Positions 50,114 to 64,000 of a stretch of 64,000 nt of DNA are shown in pieces (positions within the stretch are counted from its first letter, which is position 1; every line of letters starts with the position of its first letter). The notes beneath the pieces are model-generated. The model had not been told where the DNA came from and did no database searches. It was given only the letters and a program-made list of their open reading frames with translations. The stretch lies in assembly GCA_965202625.1 (NCBI GenBank), contig CBDBBI010000010.1, positions 183,311 to 247,310 of the forward strand, written 5' to 3'. The translations under genes were made by a program, and so were the position numbers. The stretch comes from a bacterium (lineage in GTDB: Bacteria > UBA8248).

Positions 50114-51124
50114 ATGACCATGGGGGATCCTGCGGGAGTGGGCCCCGAGGTGTGCCTGAAGGCGGCTCAGGAGGTGCGCGTTCAAAAAAAATGTGTCCCC
50201 GTCATCGTCGGCGACGCGGCGGTTCTTCGCAAACACGCGCGCAGAATGGGAGTTCGGCCCCGGCTCCAGTCGCTCGCAGAGGAGAAGCCGCCCCCTCCGG
50301 AGTGCGAATCCTCGTCCATTTGCGTGATCGACCTCAAAAACGTCGCTCCCGCGCATCGGGTGTTCGGAGAGGTTCTTCCCGAACTCGGCAGGGCGTCGGG
50401 CGAATACGTCGAAAGAGCCGTCTCGATGGTGCGCACCGGATGGGCGGACGCCGTTGCGACCGCACCGATAAGCAAGGAATCCTTGCAGGCCGGAGGTTAT
50501 GACTATCCCGGGCATACCGAAATGCTCGCCGCCCTGTGCGGCGGGGGACGGCCCGTCATGATGCTGGCCCACCGCAGAATACGCATCGCCCACCTATCCA
50601 CGCATTGCCCTCTTCGGACGGCGGTTCAGCTCGTGAAGAGAAAAAGAATCGTATGCGTGGGGCGGATTTTCGACGAGGCGTTGTGCCTGCTCGACCGCAA
50701 GAGGCCCAGAATCGGGGTTGCGGGCCTGAATCCCCACGCGGGCGAATCCGGCTTGTTCGGAACCGAGGAGGGGGAGGAAATCGCGCCGGCGGTTTCGGAT
50801 TTGCGGGCGATGGGCATCGACGCGCATGGGCCCGAGCCGCCGGATACGATATTCGCGAAATTGCGAGGGGGGCACTACGCTGGCGTCGTGGCCATGTATC
50901 ACGACCAGGGACACATTCCGGGGAAGCTGGCGTGTTTTCGCTTCAACGCCCGGGGGGAGGGGAGCGTTCGGGGCGTCAACGTCACGCTGGGCCTGCCCAT
51001 CATCAGAACGTCGGCGGAACACGGAACGGGGTTTCCCATCGCAGGGCGGGGGGTCGCCGACCCCTCCAGCATGATCGACGCGCTCCTCCTCGCCGCCCGA
51101 ATGGTCAAAAATGGCGGGAAATGA
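50114..51124 (+). CDS. PdxA-family 4-hydroxythreonine-4-phosphate dehydrogenase-like (PdxA2-type) oxidoreductase
   Basis: Start at MTMGDPAGVGPEV (canonical PdxA N-terminus GDPAGIGPE); ...AGLNPHAGE... and YHDQGHIP motifs. Confidence 0.8.
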   Translation: MTMGDPAGVGPEVCLKAAQEVRVQKKCVPVIVGDAAVLRKHARRMGVRPRLQSLAEEKPPPPECESSSICVIDLKNVAPAHRVFGEVLPELGRASGEYVERAVSMVRTGWADAVATAPISKESLQAGGYDYPGHTEMLAALCGGGRPVMMLAHRRIRIAHLSTHCPLRTAVQLVKRKRIVCVGRIFDEALCLLDRKRPRIGVAGLNPHAGESGLFGTEEGEEIAPAVSDLRAMGIDAHGPEPPDTIFAKLRGGHYAGVVAMYHDQGHIPGKLACFRFNARGEGSVRGVNVTLGLPIIRTSAEHGTGFPIAGRGVADPSSMIDALLLAARMVKNGGK

Positions 51125-51387
51125 ACAGTTTGTGGTGCCGCTCCGCCAGAGCCGTTTCGCTTTTATGCTTCGGTATCTGAGAAATTTTCTGCGCACGACG
51201 CCGTTGTCTGCCCCCACGACGCCCTGTGCGGGCTGAGACGCAGGGCGGCGTGGGCGAGTAGGTTGGCAGGAGATGCGCGGCCGGCTTCGGCGACGCCAAC
51301 GGTTTATAAAATCGCACTGGCTGGCCTGATCCGTGATTGACGGTTCTGGCCGTTGTGGCCACTATCCCGTCAAAATGGAGATAGCCC

Positions 51388-51527
51388 ATGAAAGCGATTT
51401 CCGCCCGGCGCGCGCCCGTTGTGGTCGAAAAGCACGGTCGGCCGTTCGTCGTGGTCATGGCCGTCAAGGAACGTGAAAATCTGACGGGGAACATCGTCCT
51501 TCCCTCACAAGATAAGGAGCACGAACC

Positions 51528-51530
<3 letters not shown>
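51388..51530 (+). other. possible remnant of a Phd/YefM-like antitoxin (very short, runs into hsdM without its own stop)
   Basis: MKAISARRAPVVVEKHGRPFVVVMAVKERENL resembles the antitoxin pattern ...ISAS.AR..f..l...V..Ge.VvItRhGkPvAVLvs.eEYE.L with the central part missing. Confidence 0.2.
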
Positions 51531-53091
<1,561 letters not shown>

Positions 53092-53099
<8 letters not shown>

Positions 53100-54378
53100 T
53101 ATCTGGCCGAGAATACCTTTAGATTCTGTTGTCCGCTTCCAAGAAGGTCCGGGCATCCTTGCGAAAGACTTTCATCCAGACGGCGTTCCGCTTGTTAGGC
53201 TTGCGGGGCTTGGCGGGTACGAAGTAACGCTCAACAAGTGTAACTATCTTGATCCGTCTTTCGTAGCGAAGAAGTGGGATCACTTCAGGCTTAAAAAGGG
53301 GGACATACTTATTTCAACGAGTGCATCATTTGGAAGACCTGCGGTTGTGGGTGCAGAAGCCGAAGGCGCAATATTTTACACGGGAATAATCCGCTTTCGT
53401 TCTATGTCTAGTGAGCTAAACGAGGGCTATTTGAAAAGCTTCCTCGGGTCTCGCGCGTTTATGCTTCAGGCCGAAGCACAGGCGTCAGGAAGTGTAATTA
53501 GTCATTTTGGACCTTCGCATTTGCGCCGGATGGAAATCCCACTGCCGCCATTGAAAGAGCAGCAAAATATCGCGTACGTACATTCCACCCTCGACGACAA
53601 GATCGAACTGAACCGGTGGATGAACGAGACGCTGGAGGCGATGGCGCGGGCGATTTTCAAGGACTGGTTCGTGGATTTCGGCCCCACCCGCGCCAGGATG
53701 GAAGGCCGCGAACCCTGCCTCGCCCCCGAAATCTGGAACCTGTTCCCCGACAGGCTGGATGCGGAAGGCAAGCCGGAGGGGTGGGAGCAAGGAACCCTTG
53801 TGGATATTGCGGATTCCCCGAGGCGAGGCGTTAGCCCAGCCGACGTTGCCGAGGACACGCCCTACATCGGCCTAGAGCATATGCCGCGCCGTTCAATCGC
53901 ACTCTCGGAGTGGGAAGGCGCGGGGAAAGTTACGAGCAACAAGTCGATCTTTAAAAAGGGGGAATTCCTGTTCGGGAAACTGCGGCCCTACTTCCACAAG
54001 GTCGGATTTGCGCTATTGGACGGCATTTGTTCGACTGACATCGTTGTTGTGATCCCGCGAGCCCCGAACTGGGGAGCGTTTACTCTCGCCTGCCTATCTA
54101 CGGATGAATTCGTGGATTACACGGATCAGACGTCGACCGGCACGAAGATGCCGCGCACGGGCTGGAATACAATGGGGCAATACGAGGTTTGCATTCCATC
54201 TGAGCAGATTGCCCATGCTTTTCAGAGCATCGCGCAGACGCTGTTTGACCGTGTCAGCACGAACATTCATGAATCCCGCACCCTCGCCCAAACCCGCGAC
54301 TTTATTCTTCCGAAACTGATGTCCGGCGAAATCCGGCTCCGTGAAGCCGAGAAGATCGCAGGGGAGGCAGTTGCATGA
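53092..54378 (+). CDS. hsdS: Type I restriction-modification system specificity subunit
   Basis: 428 aa with two target-recognition domains and conserved central/terminal repeat (...[11 protein letters not shown]...; ...[11 protein letters not shown]...); 8-nt overlap with hsdM. Confidence 0.85.
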
Positions 54379-55172
54379 AGGTAGCGGCAGGAGAACCGGT
54401 GTACCATGAAGGCAGCGCCCCGTGTTCCGGGCTTGGCCTGAAGTGGTCGGGCGACGAGCTTGATGCTGCGATGAATGGCCGCGTGGCTGCCGTCCTGTTT
54501 GATGACGCAGGCAAGGCCGACATCGAAGGCATTCTGACCGGCCTTCCCGAGACCGACTTTGAGCAGGAAGGGCTTCGCCGTATTCTCTCCGCTCCCGATG
54601 ATATGGAGGACTGGCGCGTCGGAGAGGCGATCGCCGAGGCCTATCTCACTGATCACCGCGATTGCTGTTTCCCGTGGCCTGCCGGACGAGACGAGCGCAA
54701 GCGAGGCTCCAGTCTGCCTGGTGCGGATCTTGTCGGCTTCCATGCCGACGAGCAGGGCGATTGCCTGGCATTTGGTGAAGTCAAGACGTCCTCCGAAGCC
54801 AGGTATCCACCGGGGAGCATGTATGGCCGGACAGGGCTCAAGCAACAACTTGGGGACTTGCGAGACAGGGTTTCCATACGCGATGACCTCGTCTGGTATC
54901 TCTTCCATCGTGCCAAGGGGGCCGATTGGTTTGCGCGGTTCATGAAGGCGACAAAGCGCTATCTGGCCAACAAATCGGACGTGCGGCTTTACGGGTTTCT
55001 TGTCCGTGATGTTCAACCGCAGAAAGATGACGTGCGAGTCCGTGTGGAAAAGCTCGGAAAGGACTGCCCGGAGGGAACGAAAGTTGAACTTCTTGCGCTG
55101 TATCTTCCGAAGGGCCGCATTAAAGGAATCGGCGCCGCCGCTGTGAAGACAAGGACAGGAGCGGGATCATGA
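54375..55172 (+). CDS. PD-(D/E)xK-like nuclease-fold protein (candidate HamA/DUF1837-like component)
   Basis: 265 aa; PGADLVGF (D118) ... LAFGEVKTS (E135-x-K137) restriction-endonuclease-like motif; ATGA start/stop overlaps with hsdS upstream and the helicase downstream. Confidence 0.45.
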   Translation: MKVAAGEPVYHEGSAPCSGLGLKWSGDELDAAMNGRVAAVLFDDAGKADIEGILTGLPETDFEQEGLRRILSAPDDMEDWRVGEAIAEAYLTDHRDCCFPWPAGRDERKRGSSLPGADLVGFHADEQGDCLAFGEVKTSSEARYPPGSMYGRTGLKQQLGDLRDRVSIRDDLVWYLFHRAKGADWFARFMKATKRYLANKSDVRLYGFLVRDVQPQKDDVRVRVEKLGKDCPEGTKVELLALYLPKGRIKGIGAAAVKTRTGAGS

Positions 55173-58100
55173 CTCTGTCCATGAAATCTCTTGACGATCT
55201 CAGAGAACATTGGGCTGTCAGTGCAATCGGCGCGGAGGATATCGCGCGGGCCGAAAGGCTCGTAAACGAAAATCTCGCCCGTCGAGCGGTTGGCCAGCAG
55301 ATAGCCTTTTCGTTCTCGCCAGGTGCGAGTGACGACGCCTTTCTGGAGCGCGTTGCGCTGGCCTTTGAAATGGCGGCTATTGAGGGCCTGGACGAGCTGA
55401 GCCGTCCTTCCGGCGAGAACGCGGCATTGCGCGATCAGGCGACTGCCGCGTCATTCCGCGCTTTTGATATTCGCCGTTTGCTGCCGGTCCCGACCGAAAC
55501 GCATGACCGGCTTTTCTTTGTCCTGCAACTTTCCGCCCTTGCCTATTGCGGGGATCGCTGGTCGGACCTTCGCCGCTGGTACAAGGAAAACGCCGGGGCA
55601 CTGGCGGCTCCGAGCGTTGCCGAAAGCCTGTGGGACCGCCGCCTTCTGTACCGTTTGTTCCATTGCTGGGTCCGGTTGTTCCGGAAGGAGGGCTGGGATG
55701 ATCTTGACCGGATCAGTGAGATCATCGACGGACTGCGCGACGATCAAAAGATATATGAGAAAGAGCGACTTAAGAACGGTTCGCACGCGGCGAATCGGGC
55801 AATCGCCCTGCGGCTTGCGGCGCTTTATCACTGGGCGAAGAGCACCGAGCTTGTTGCGCAATACATGTTGCAGGGGCAGCCGGCAAACCCGTTTGGCTTG
55901 ATTGACAAGCACTTCGACGGGGCCATCAAGGCAGCGACGGCCTCAGGCGACGCGCAGCACGAGATTATTCTGCGCTGGTTACATGCAGCCGCGCGGATCA
56001 TGATCACGAACTCGCTTTGGTGGGCGACGCGTACCGTCAATTCACGCACAACGCGTTTTGTCCACTCCTTGACGCACCGCAAACACCAGGCGATGTTCGA
56101 GCTCCTGCCGCCTCAGCGAGCGGCCCTTCTTGAGCAGGGGCTGCTCGATCAGGCCAAGACGGCAATCGTGGTCGATATGCCGACCTCGGGAGGAAAAACC
56201 CTCCTCGCGCAATTCCGCATCCTTCAGGCATTGAATCAGTTCAGCGCCGATGGTGGCTGGGTCGCATATGTTGCGCCCACACGCGCCTTGTCCGCCCAGA
56301 TCACCCGGCGGCTGCGAAAAGACTTCGAGCCGCTCGGCGTCCGGGTCGAGCAACTAACGGCCGCGGTCGAGGTGGACGCCTTTGAGGAGGAGCTGCTGGC
56401 GAACAAGGAGCAGCCATTCACGGCCACGGTCCGGGTGGACGTCTTTGAGGAGGAGCAGCCGGCGGACAACGATCCGCCATTCGACATTCTCGTGGCTACA
56501 CCCGAGAAGCTGTCCCTCGTCATCCGCAACAAGAAGGTCGAGAACCGGCCGCTTGCCCTCGTTGTCATGGACGAAGCACACAATCTCGAAACGAAAGACA
56601 GAGGGCTCCGCATCGAGTTGTTGCTCGCGACGGTGAAGAGGGATTGTCCGAAGGCGAACTTCCTTCTCCTCATGCCTTATGTAGAAGGAGCGGAATCCGT
56701 AGCGCGGTGGCTGGCACATGATATAAACGCCGGCCAGGCGATCAGCCTTGGAACGACGCCCTGGAAACCCAATGAACGAATTATCGGCCTTTATAGTGCC
56801 GTTGCGGATGACAGCCAGCGCGCTGGATGGCATCTCAAATTCGAGACTTTAACTGCTACTTCGAAAGCTATGCAGCTTCACGGCACTCACCGCGTTGGCG
56901 GTGTGAAGCCCATCAATGTTCCCAAAAGCAAGGTGCTTATCAAAGGCCGGCAGGAAGGTTTCGGCCTTCAGACGGCGGCCATTGCGACCGTCATGTCCGC
57001 CCGTGGCACGAGCGTCGCCATAGCCAACCATATTCCCACCGTGTGGAACATGGCCGCCAAGGCGGCAGAGTGCTTGTCGGATTTCGATACGATTCCGACC
57101 GACATCAAGCTCGTTCAGGATTTTCTGCGCACCGAGATCAGCCCCGACTTCCCGCTGATTGCAATGCTGGACAAGGGAGTCGGTGTCCACCATGCCGGTC
57201 TTTCCGATGACGTGCGCGGCCTTATGGAGTGGCTTGCCGAAACCGGAAGCCTGCGGATGCTTTGTGCGACCACCACGATTGCGCAGGGGATCAATTTTCC
57301 GGTTTCCTCCGTTTTCCTGCAAACGCACAAATATCGCTACGGGCAGGAAATGTCGCCGCGCGAGTTCTGGAACCTGGCCGGTCGCGCAGGCCGTATCGAT
57401 CATGACAGCGTGGGTGTCATTGGCATTGCGGAAGGTTCGAGTCGAGATTCTCTCATCAAGTTCGTCAGCCGCAACACGGGTGCTCTCGTCTCGCGCCTTG
57501 TCTCGTTGCTGGACGATCTTGCCAAGCAAGGCGAATTGGCGAATCTGTCGGAAGTCCTTTGTCAGGAACAATGGGAGGATTTCCGCTGTTACATTGCGCA
57601 TCTTTGGGCGGAGAAAAAGAACCTCGACGCCGTTCTCTCTGAATCTGATCAGCTCCTTCGCCAGACGTTCGGCTATACGTCTCTGCGAAACGACCCCGCG
57701 CAGCGGGAGAAGGCTGACGCATTGCTGCTTGCGGCCCACGCCTACGCGCGCGAACTTGCCAAGAAGCCTGGCGTCGCCGAACTTGCGGACTCGACGGGCT
57801 TCTCACCGGAAGGCGTGGGTAAAGCGATGAGCGAACTTAACCAGCTTGAGACCAAACTCACGCCATCGGATTGGGCTCCGGAGAGTCTTTTCGGAAAGGG
57901 CGGCAAAATCGCCGATTTGTATGGCGTCATGTTGAAAGTGCCGCAACTCCAGAAGCAACTTGAGGAGATTGGCGGCCAGGGTTTTGATCGCACCCGGATT
58001 TCCGATATCACGCGCGACTGGGTGAATGGCAAGGGAATTGACGCCATAGCCAGGGAGTACTTCAGCCGGGAAACGGACGACGAAGGGAGAACGGCTGCGA

Positions 58101-58504
58101 TTACGGATGCCTGCCGCGCCATATATCGCGCGATTGTCAATAATGGAACCTGGGGTGTTTCCGCGCTGAGCCGCATTTCCGGTATCGACTTTGACAGTCT
58201 GCCGGAGGCCGAGCGTCGCAGGATCAATGCGCTTCCCGCGATGATTTATCACGGCGTCCGCACGGAAGATGCGGTTTTGATGCGTATGAATGCCGCGCCA
58301 CGCAGCGCGTCTGTAAACCTAGGGAATTTGTATCGCGAGACAATCGGCGAAGGCGATGGTCGCTATTCCGTCGGCCAAGCCCGCCAATTCCTGAAAGACC
58401 TGAGCGATCGCGACTGGCACCGCGCCCGCCCGGAAAGCGCCGCTCTCTCTGGCGACGGATACAAGCGCGTCTGGGAAGTGCTTTCCGGGGAGAGAAGCAC
58501 ATGA
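55169..58504 (+). CDS. SF2 DExH-box (Ski2/Lhr-like) helicase, 1111 aa (candidate HamB-like component)
   Basis: Motif [10 protein letters not shown] (~56176-56199), motif [10 protein letters not shown] (DEAH, ~56564-56584), motif VI-like [13 protein letters not shown]; long C-terminal helical domain; contains a 63-nt in-frame tandem duplication (56357-56482). Confidence 0.7.
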   Translation: MTLSMKSLDDLREHWAVSAIGAEDIARAERLVNENLARRAVGQQIAFSFSPGASDDAFLERVALAFEMAAIEGLDELSRPSGENAALRDQATAASFRAFDIRRLLPVPTETHDRLFFVLQLSALAYCGDRWSDLRRWYKENAGALAAPSVAESLWDRRLLYRLFHCWVRLFRKEGWDDLDRISEIIDGLRDDQKIYEKERLKNGSHAANRAIALRLAALYHWAKSTELVAQYMLQGQPANPFGLIDKHFDGAIKAATASGDAQHEIILRWLHAAARIMITNSLWWATRTVNSRTTRFVHSLTHRKHQAMFELLPPQRAALLEQGLLDQAKTAIVVDMPTSGGKTLLAQFRILQALNQFSADGGWVAYVAPTRALSAQITRRLRKDFEPLGVRVEQLTAAVEVDAFEEELLANKEQPFTATVRVDVFEEEQPADNDPPFDILVATPEKLSLVIRNKKVENRPLALVVMDEAHNLETKDRGLRIELLLATVKRDCPKANFLLLMPYVEGAESVARWLAHDINAGQAISLGTTPWKPNERIIGLYSAVADDSQRAGWHLKFETLTATSKAMQLHGTHRVGGVKPINVPKSKVLIKGRQEGFGLQTAAIATVMSARGTSVAIANHIPTVWNMAAKAAECLSDFDTIPTDIKLVQDFLRTEISPDFPLIAMLDKGVGVHHAGLSDDVRGLMEWLAETGSLRMLCATTTIAQGINFPVSSVFLQTHKYRYGQEMSPREFWNLAGRAGRIDHDSVGVIGIAEGSSRDSLIKFVSRNTGALVSRLVSLLDDLAKQGELANLSEVLCQEQWEDFRCYIAHLWAEKKNLDAVLSESDQLLRQTFGYTSLRNDPAQREKADALLLAAHAYARELAKKPGVAELADSTGFSPEGVGKAMSELNQLETKLTPSDWAPESLFGKGGKIADLYGVMLKVPQLQKQLEEIGGQGFDRTRISDITRDWVNGKGIDAIAREYFSRETDDEGRTAAITDACRAIYRAIVNNGTWGVSALSRISGIDFDSLPEAERRRINALPAMIYHGVRTEDAVLMRMNAAPRSASVNLGNLYRETIGEGDGRYSVGQARQFLKDLSDRDWHRARPESAALSGDGYKRVWEVLSGERST

Positions 58505-58538
58505 CGGCATTTGCCGAAAACGTCAAGGAGGCCGTGTA

Positions 58539-61697
<3,159 letters not shown>

Positions 61698-61860
61698 TGA
61701 CCAGAAAAGACGAGACATGAGAAGCTCCGTTCCATGCGGACTCTCTTCCAAAAATTTCTGGGACGCAGGGTGTCCCGGTTCCTTGACGCGGCGGGCCGGG
61801 CGGTATGCGCGGAACCCCCTCGGGTCGCATACGCCCTGGACAGCCTGGTCGGCTGTAGCC

Positions 61861-61978
61861 AGACAAAATAATTGCGAATTTGCACAAAAATAACCCGGAA
61901 TGCCTTGTGAAAAAGACCGTTTTTCGGGGCCTAAACGGCTTGTGAAATGGCCGTGCAAGGGTGTTGCAAAGGTCGCGC
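61861..61978. repeat. ~110-nt dispersed repeat, copy B
   Basis: Aligns with 38905..39020 (aaaataa..gaatgcc.tg.aaaa.g.ccgtttttcggg...aaatggccgtg...caaag..cgcg). Confidence 0.6.
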
Positions 61979-62124
61979 AAGGCAGAATCCGCAAGCGTTG
62001 ATTGCGGCGAGGGCGTCCGCAGCCTTTGATATCTCCAAGGAAAATTTGGTTTGGTTGCGGGGGCAGGATGTGAACCTGTGCCTTCAGGTTTGGGGATGGG
62101 GGTCTTGCGAGAAGACGCGGCCCC

Positions 62125-62880
62125 TCAAGCGCGGCAGATGGTGAGGAGGTGCACCGCGTTGGCCCCCGCTTTTTTGAGCTCCCGCGCACACGCCGAGGCG
62201 GTCGAGCCGGTCGTGACCACGTCGTCGATCAAGATGCACGTGGCGGATGCGAGTTTTTCACGCACCCCTCCGGAGCGAACCCTGAATACCCCGCGCATGT
62301 TTCGCCGCCTCTCCCGCCCGGACAATCCCGTTTGCGAGCGGCCTGGCTTCGCGCGTTCCAGCAAGCGCGCGTGCGGCTTGCCCAGGTGCTCCGCCGTCTG
62401 GAGGGAGAGGAGCAGTGCCTGATCGAAGCCCCGGGTTCTCCAGCGCGCGCGGTCGATCGGCACGTGCGTGAGGATGACGTTCGGCGTTTCTTCACCGACG
62501 CCGAATTCGCTTGTCGCCAGATCGGCGAGATGGGGAGCGAGTGCGCGCGCCAGCTTCGTGACGCCCCCGAACTTGAGGAGATGCACCAACTCTCGCAAAG
62601 AACCCTCAAAGGCGCCGATGGAGCGGACCTTGTCATAGTGAAGGTCGTCTTGTTGGCACGGGGCGCAGACGTGCGCGGGAAAATGGGACAGGGCGGCCTG
62701 GGAGTGAAAGGGTCTGCCGCATCTGGGGCACCAGGGCGGCTTGAAGCATTCGAAGGCGTCCGCGCAAGGGGTGCATATCGCATCGGTACCGCCGATTTCC
62801 ATCAGATTCAGGCACAAGGGGCACTTTCTGGGGAGGAGAAAGTCCGTCGCCGCGCGAAGGAGAGAACGCAGGTGGCGCAT
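62125..62880 (-). CDS. comF: ComF-family protein (ComFC-like phosphoribosyltransferase domain)
   Basis: N-terminal CPLC...CTPC / CPRCG...CAPC zinc fingers; C-terminal ILIDDVVTTGST PRTase motif. Confidence 0.75.
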   Translation of the reverse strand: MRHLRSLLRAATDFLLPRKCPLCLNLMEIGGTDAICTPCADAFECFKPPWCPRCGRPFHSQAALSHFPAHVCAPCQQDDLHYDKVRSIGAFEGSLRELVHLLKFGGVTKLARALAPHLADLATSEFGVGEETPNVILTHVPIDRARWRTRGFDQALLLSLQTAEHLGKPHARLLERAKPGRSQTGLSGRERRRNMRGVFRVRSGGVREKLASATCILIDDVVTTGSTASACARELKKAGANAVHLLTICRA

Positions 62881-62948
62881 AGGCTTTTCGCTTCAGGTGA
62901 AAGGGGAGACACTCTTGTCCGAGCGCCGCGGGCGTTCTTTGCGGGACG

Positions 62949-63998
62949 TCAGGATTTTCTTCTCAACTGCACCCTTTTGCTGCCCGCCCCCTCGCTTCTC
63001 GCCTCGCCCCGGCGGCGGTGGCGAATGAGTTCTGCGACGATGGCGACCCCGATCTCCCCCGGCGTATCGGCGCCAATGTCCAGGCCGATGGGTGCGTGGA
63101 CGCGCTTGATGAGTTCTCCCCGATCGTGGCCCTTCTCTTCGAGGTGGCGATAGGTGAGCAGTACCTTGCTCTTTGAACCTATCATTCCGATGTAGCGCGC
63201 GTTCGTCTGCATCGCCCATTCGAGGACGACCTCGTCGTTCGCGTGTCCCCGGGTGATGATGGCCATGTAGTCTGCCTCGTCCACCGGAATTTTCTCGAAA
63301 ATTTCGGGAAAATCCCCCACGTAGAACGCCTCCGCCATCGGAAAGCGCTCCGCGTTGGCGAACGATGGTCTGTCCTCTACGACCGCGACCCTGAAGCCGG
63401 CGAGATAGGCCGCCTGCGCGACGCAGAAAGACACGTGCCCGCCGCCGAAGACGTAGACGAGCGGCTGGCCGGATATGGGTTCGACGAAAATTTCTGTGGC
63501 TTCTCCGGGCGCGGACCTCTTTCGCCCCGCGCGCGCCGCCTCCGTGTGGAAATGCAGGAGAGAGGGGCTGCCCTGGCGAATGATTTGCGTGCTCTCCGCC
63601 CAAATCTCTGCCGAATAGTGGGGAATTTCGCCCACGGCGCTGCCGTCGCGCCTGAAAAGCATTTTTCTGGCCTCCGGCGTCGGAATGTCGAGCGCGCCCG
63701 GCTGGACGATGGTCGCCAACGCCGCGCTGCCGCCCTGGTTTCTGATGGCGTTGATCGCATCGAGCAGTTCCGGATGAAACACCCGAAACGGCTCCACCAG
63801 TATCTCCACGACGCCGCCGCAGATGTGTCCGCTGTCCTCCGCCTCCTGCTGGGTGAGGTCGAAGGCGCACTTCTCAGGCTCGCCCGTCTCCAGGACGCTC
63901 ATGGCGCTTTCCCAGACCTCCGCCTCCAGGCAGCCGCCCCCGACGGTACCCTCCGTGCTGCCGTCCTCGCGCACGAGCATTTTCGCATCCCCGCTCAT
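62949..63998 (-). CDS. xdhC: XdhC/CoxI-family molybdenum-cofactor insertion accessory protein (N-terminus probably beyond the window edge)
   Basis: TVGGGCLEAEV and YVFGGGHVSFCVAQAA Rossmann-like motif of XdhC; the ORF reaches position 63998 of a 64000-nt window. Confidence 0.7.
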   Translation of the reverse strand: MSGDAKMLVREDGSTEGTVGGGCLEAEVWESAMSVLETGEPEKCAFDLTQQEAEDSGHICGGVVEILVEPFRVFHPELLDAINAIRNQGGSAALATIVQPGALDIPTPEARKMLFRRDGSAVGEIPHYSAEIWAESTQIIRQGSPSLLHFHTEAARAGRKRSAPGEATEIFVEPISGQPLVYVFGGGHVSFCVAQAAYLAGFRVAVVEDRPSFANAERFPMAEAFYVGDFPEIFEKIPVDEADYMAIITRGHANDEVVLEWAMQTNARYIGMIGSKSKVLLTYRHLEEKGHDRGELIKRVHAPIGLDIGADTPGEIGVAIVAELIRHRRRGEARSEGAGSKRVQLRRKS

Positions 63999-64000
63999 GG

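Noticed and set aside
51337-51365. Sigma70-like promoter (TTGACG-N17-CACTAT) upstream of the R-M operon
   Set aside because: -10 element matches consensus at only 3/6 positions; not reportable without transcript data.

Overview
High-GC (~60-65%) bacterial chromosomal segment, gene-dense on both strands and mostly ordinary housekeeping and metabolic genes. Recognised genes include aroA, tag, tenA, rimI, cvpA, pyrR, cca, a prpC-acnD-prpF 2-methylcitrate cluster next to a TAXI-TRAP transporter, two tandem AMP-forming acyl-CoA synthetases, three quinone-oxidoreductase paralogs, three EamA and two TauE/SafE transporters, a split TPP decarboxylase plus PdxA-family dehydrogenase, and a multiheme cytochrome c. 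Two segments look accessory or defence-related. (1) A visibly AT-rich single-gene island at ~14.9-17.9 kb encodes an 874-aa STAND/NB-ARC-type P-loop NTPase with an unknown N-terminal domain carrying an HEPN-like R-x5-H motif and a helical, TPR-like C-terminus; it sits beside a multiply frameshifted amidohydrolase-2 pseudogene. (2) A complete Type I restriction-modification operon (hsdM-hsdS ... hsdR, 51.5-61.7 kb) carries two extra translationally coupled genes between hsdS and hsdR: a 265-aa protein with a PD-(D/E)xK-like motif and a 1111-aa DExH/Ski2-like SF2 helicase. That architecture matches a Hachiman-like (HamA/HamB) defence pair embedded in an R-M operon. The helicase carries a recent in-frame 63-nt tandem duplication. 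Other points: a ~110-nt dispersed repeat in two copies (38.9 kb and 61.9 kb) built from 'aaatggccg' sub-motifs; a 24-nt hairpin repeat in inverted copies flanking the ankyrin-gene segment at the window start; frameshifts in prpC (within a T6 run) and in an amidohydrolase gene; and a ~0.9-kb stretch (9.06-9.99 kb) with no convincing ORF. No rRNA, tRNA or CRISPR array was recognised by eye.
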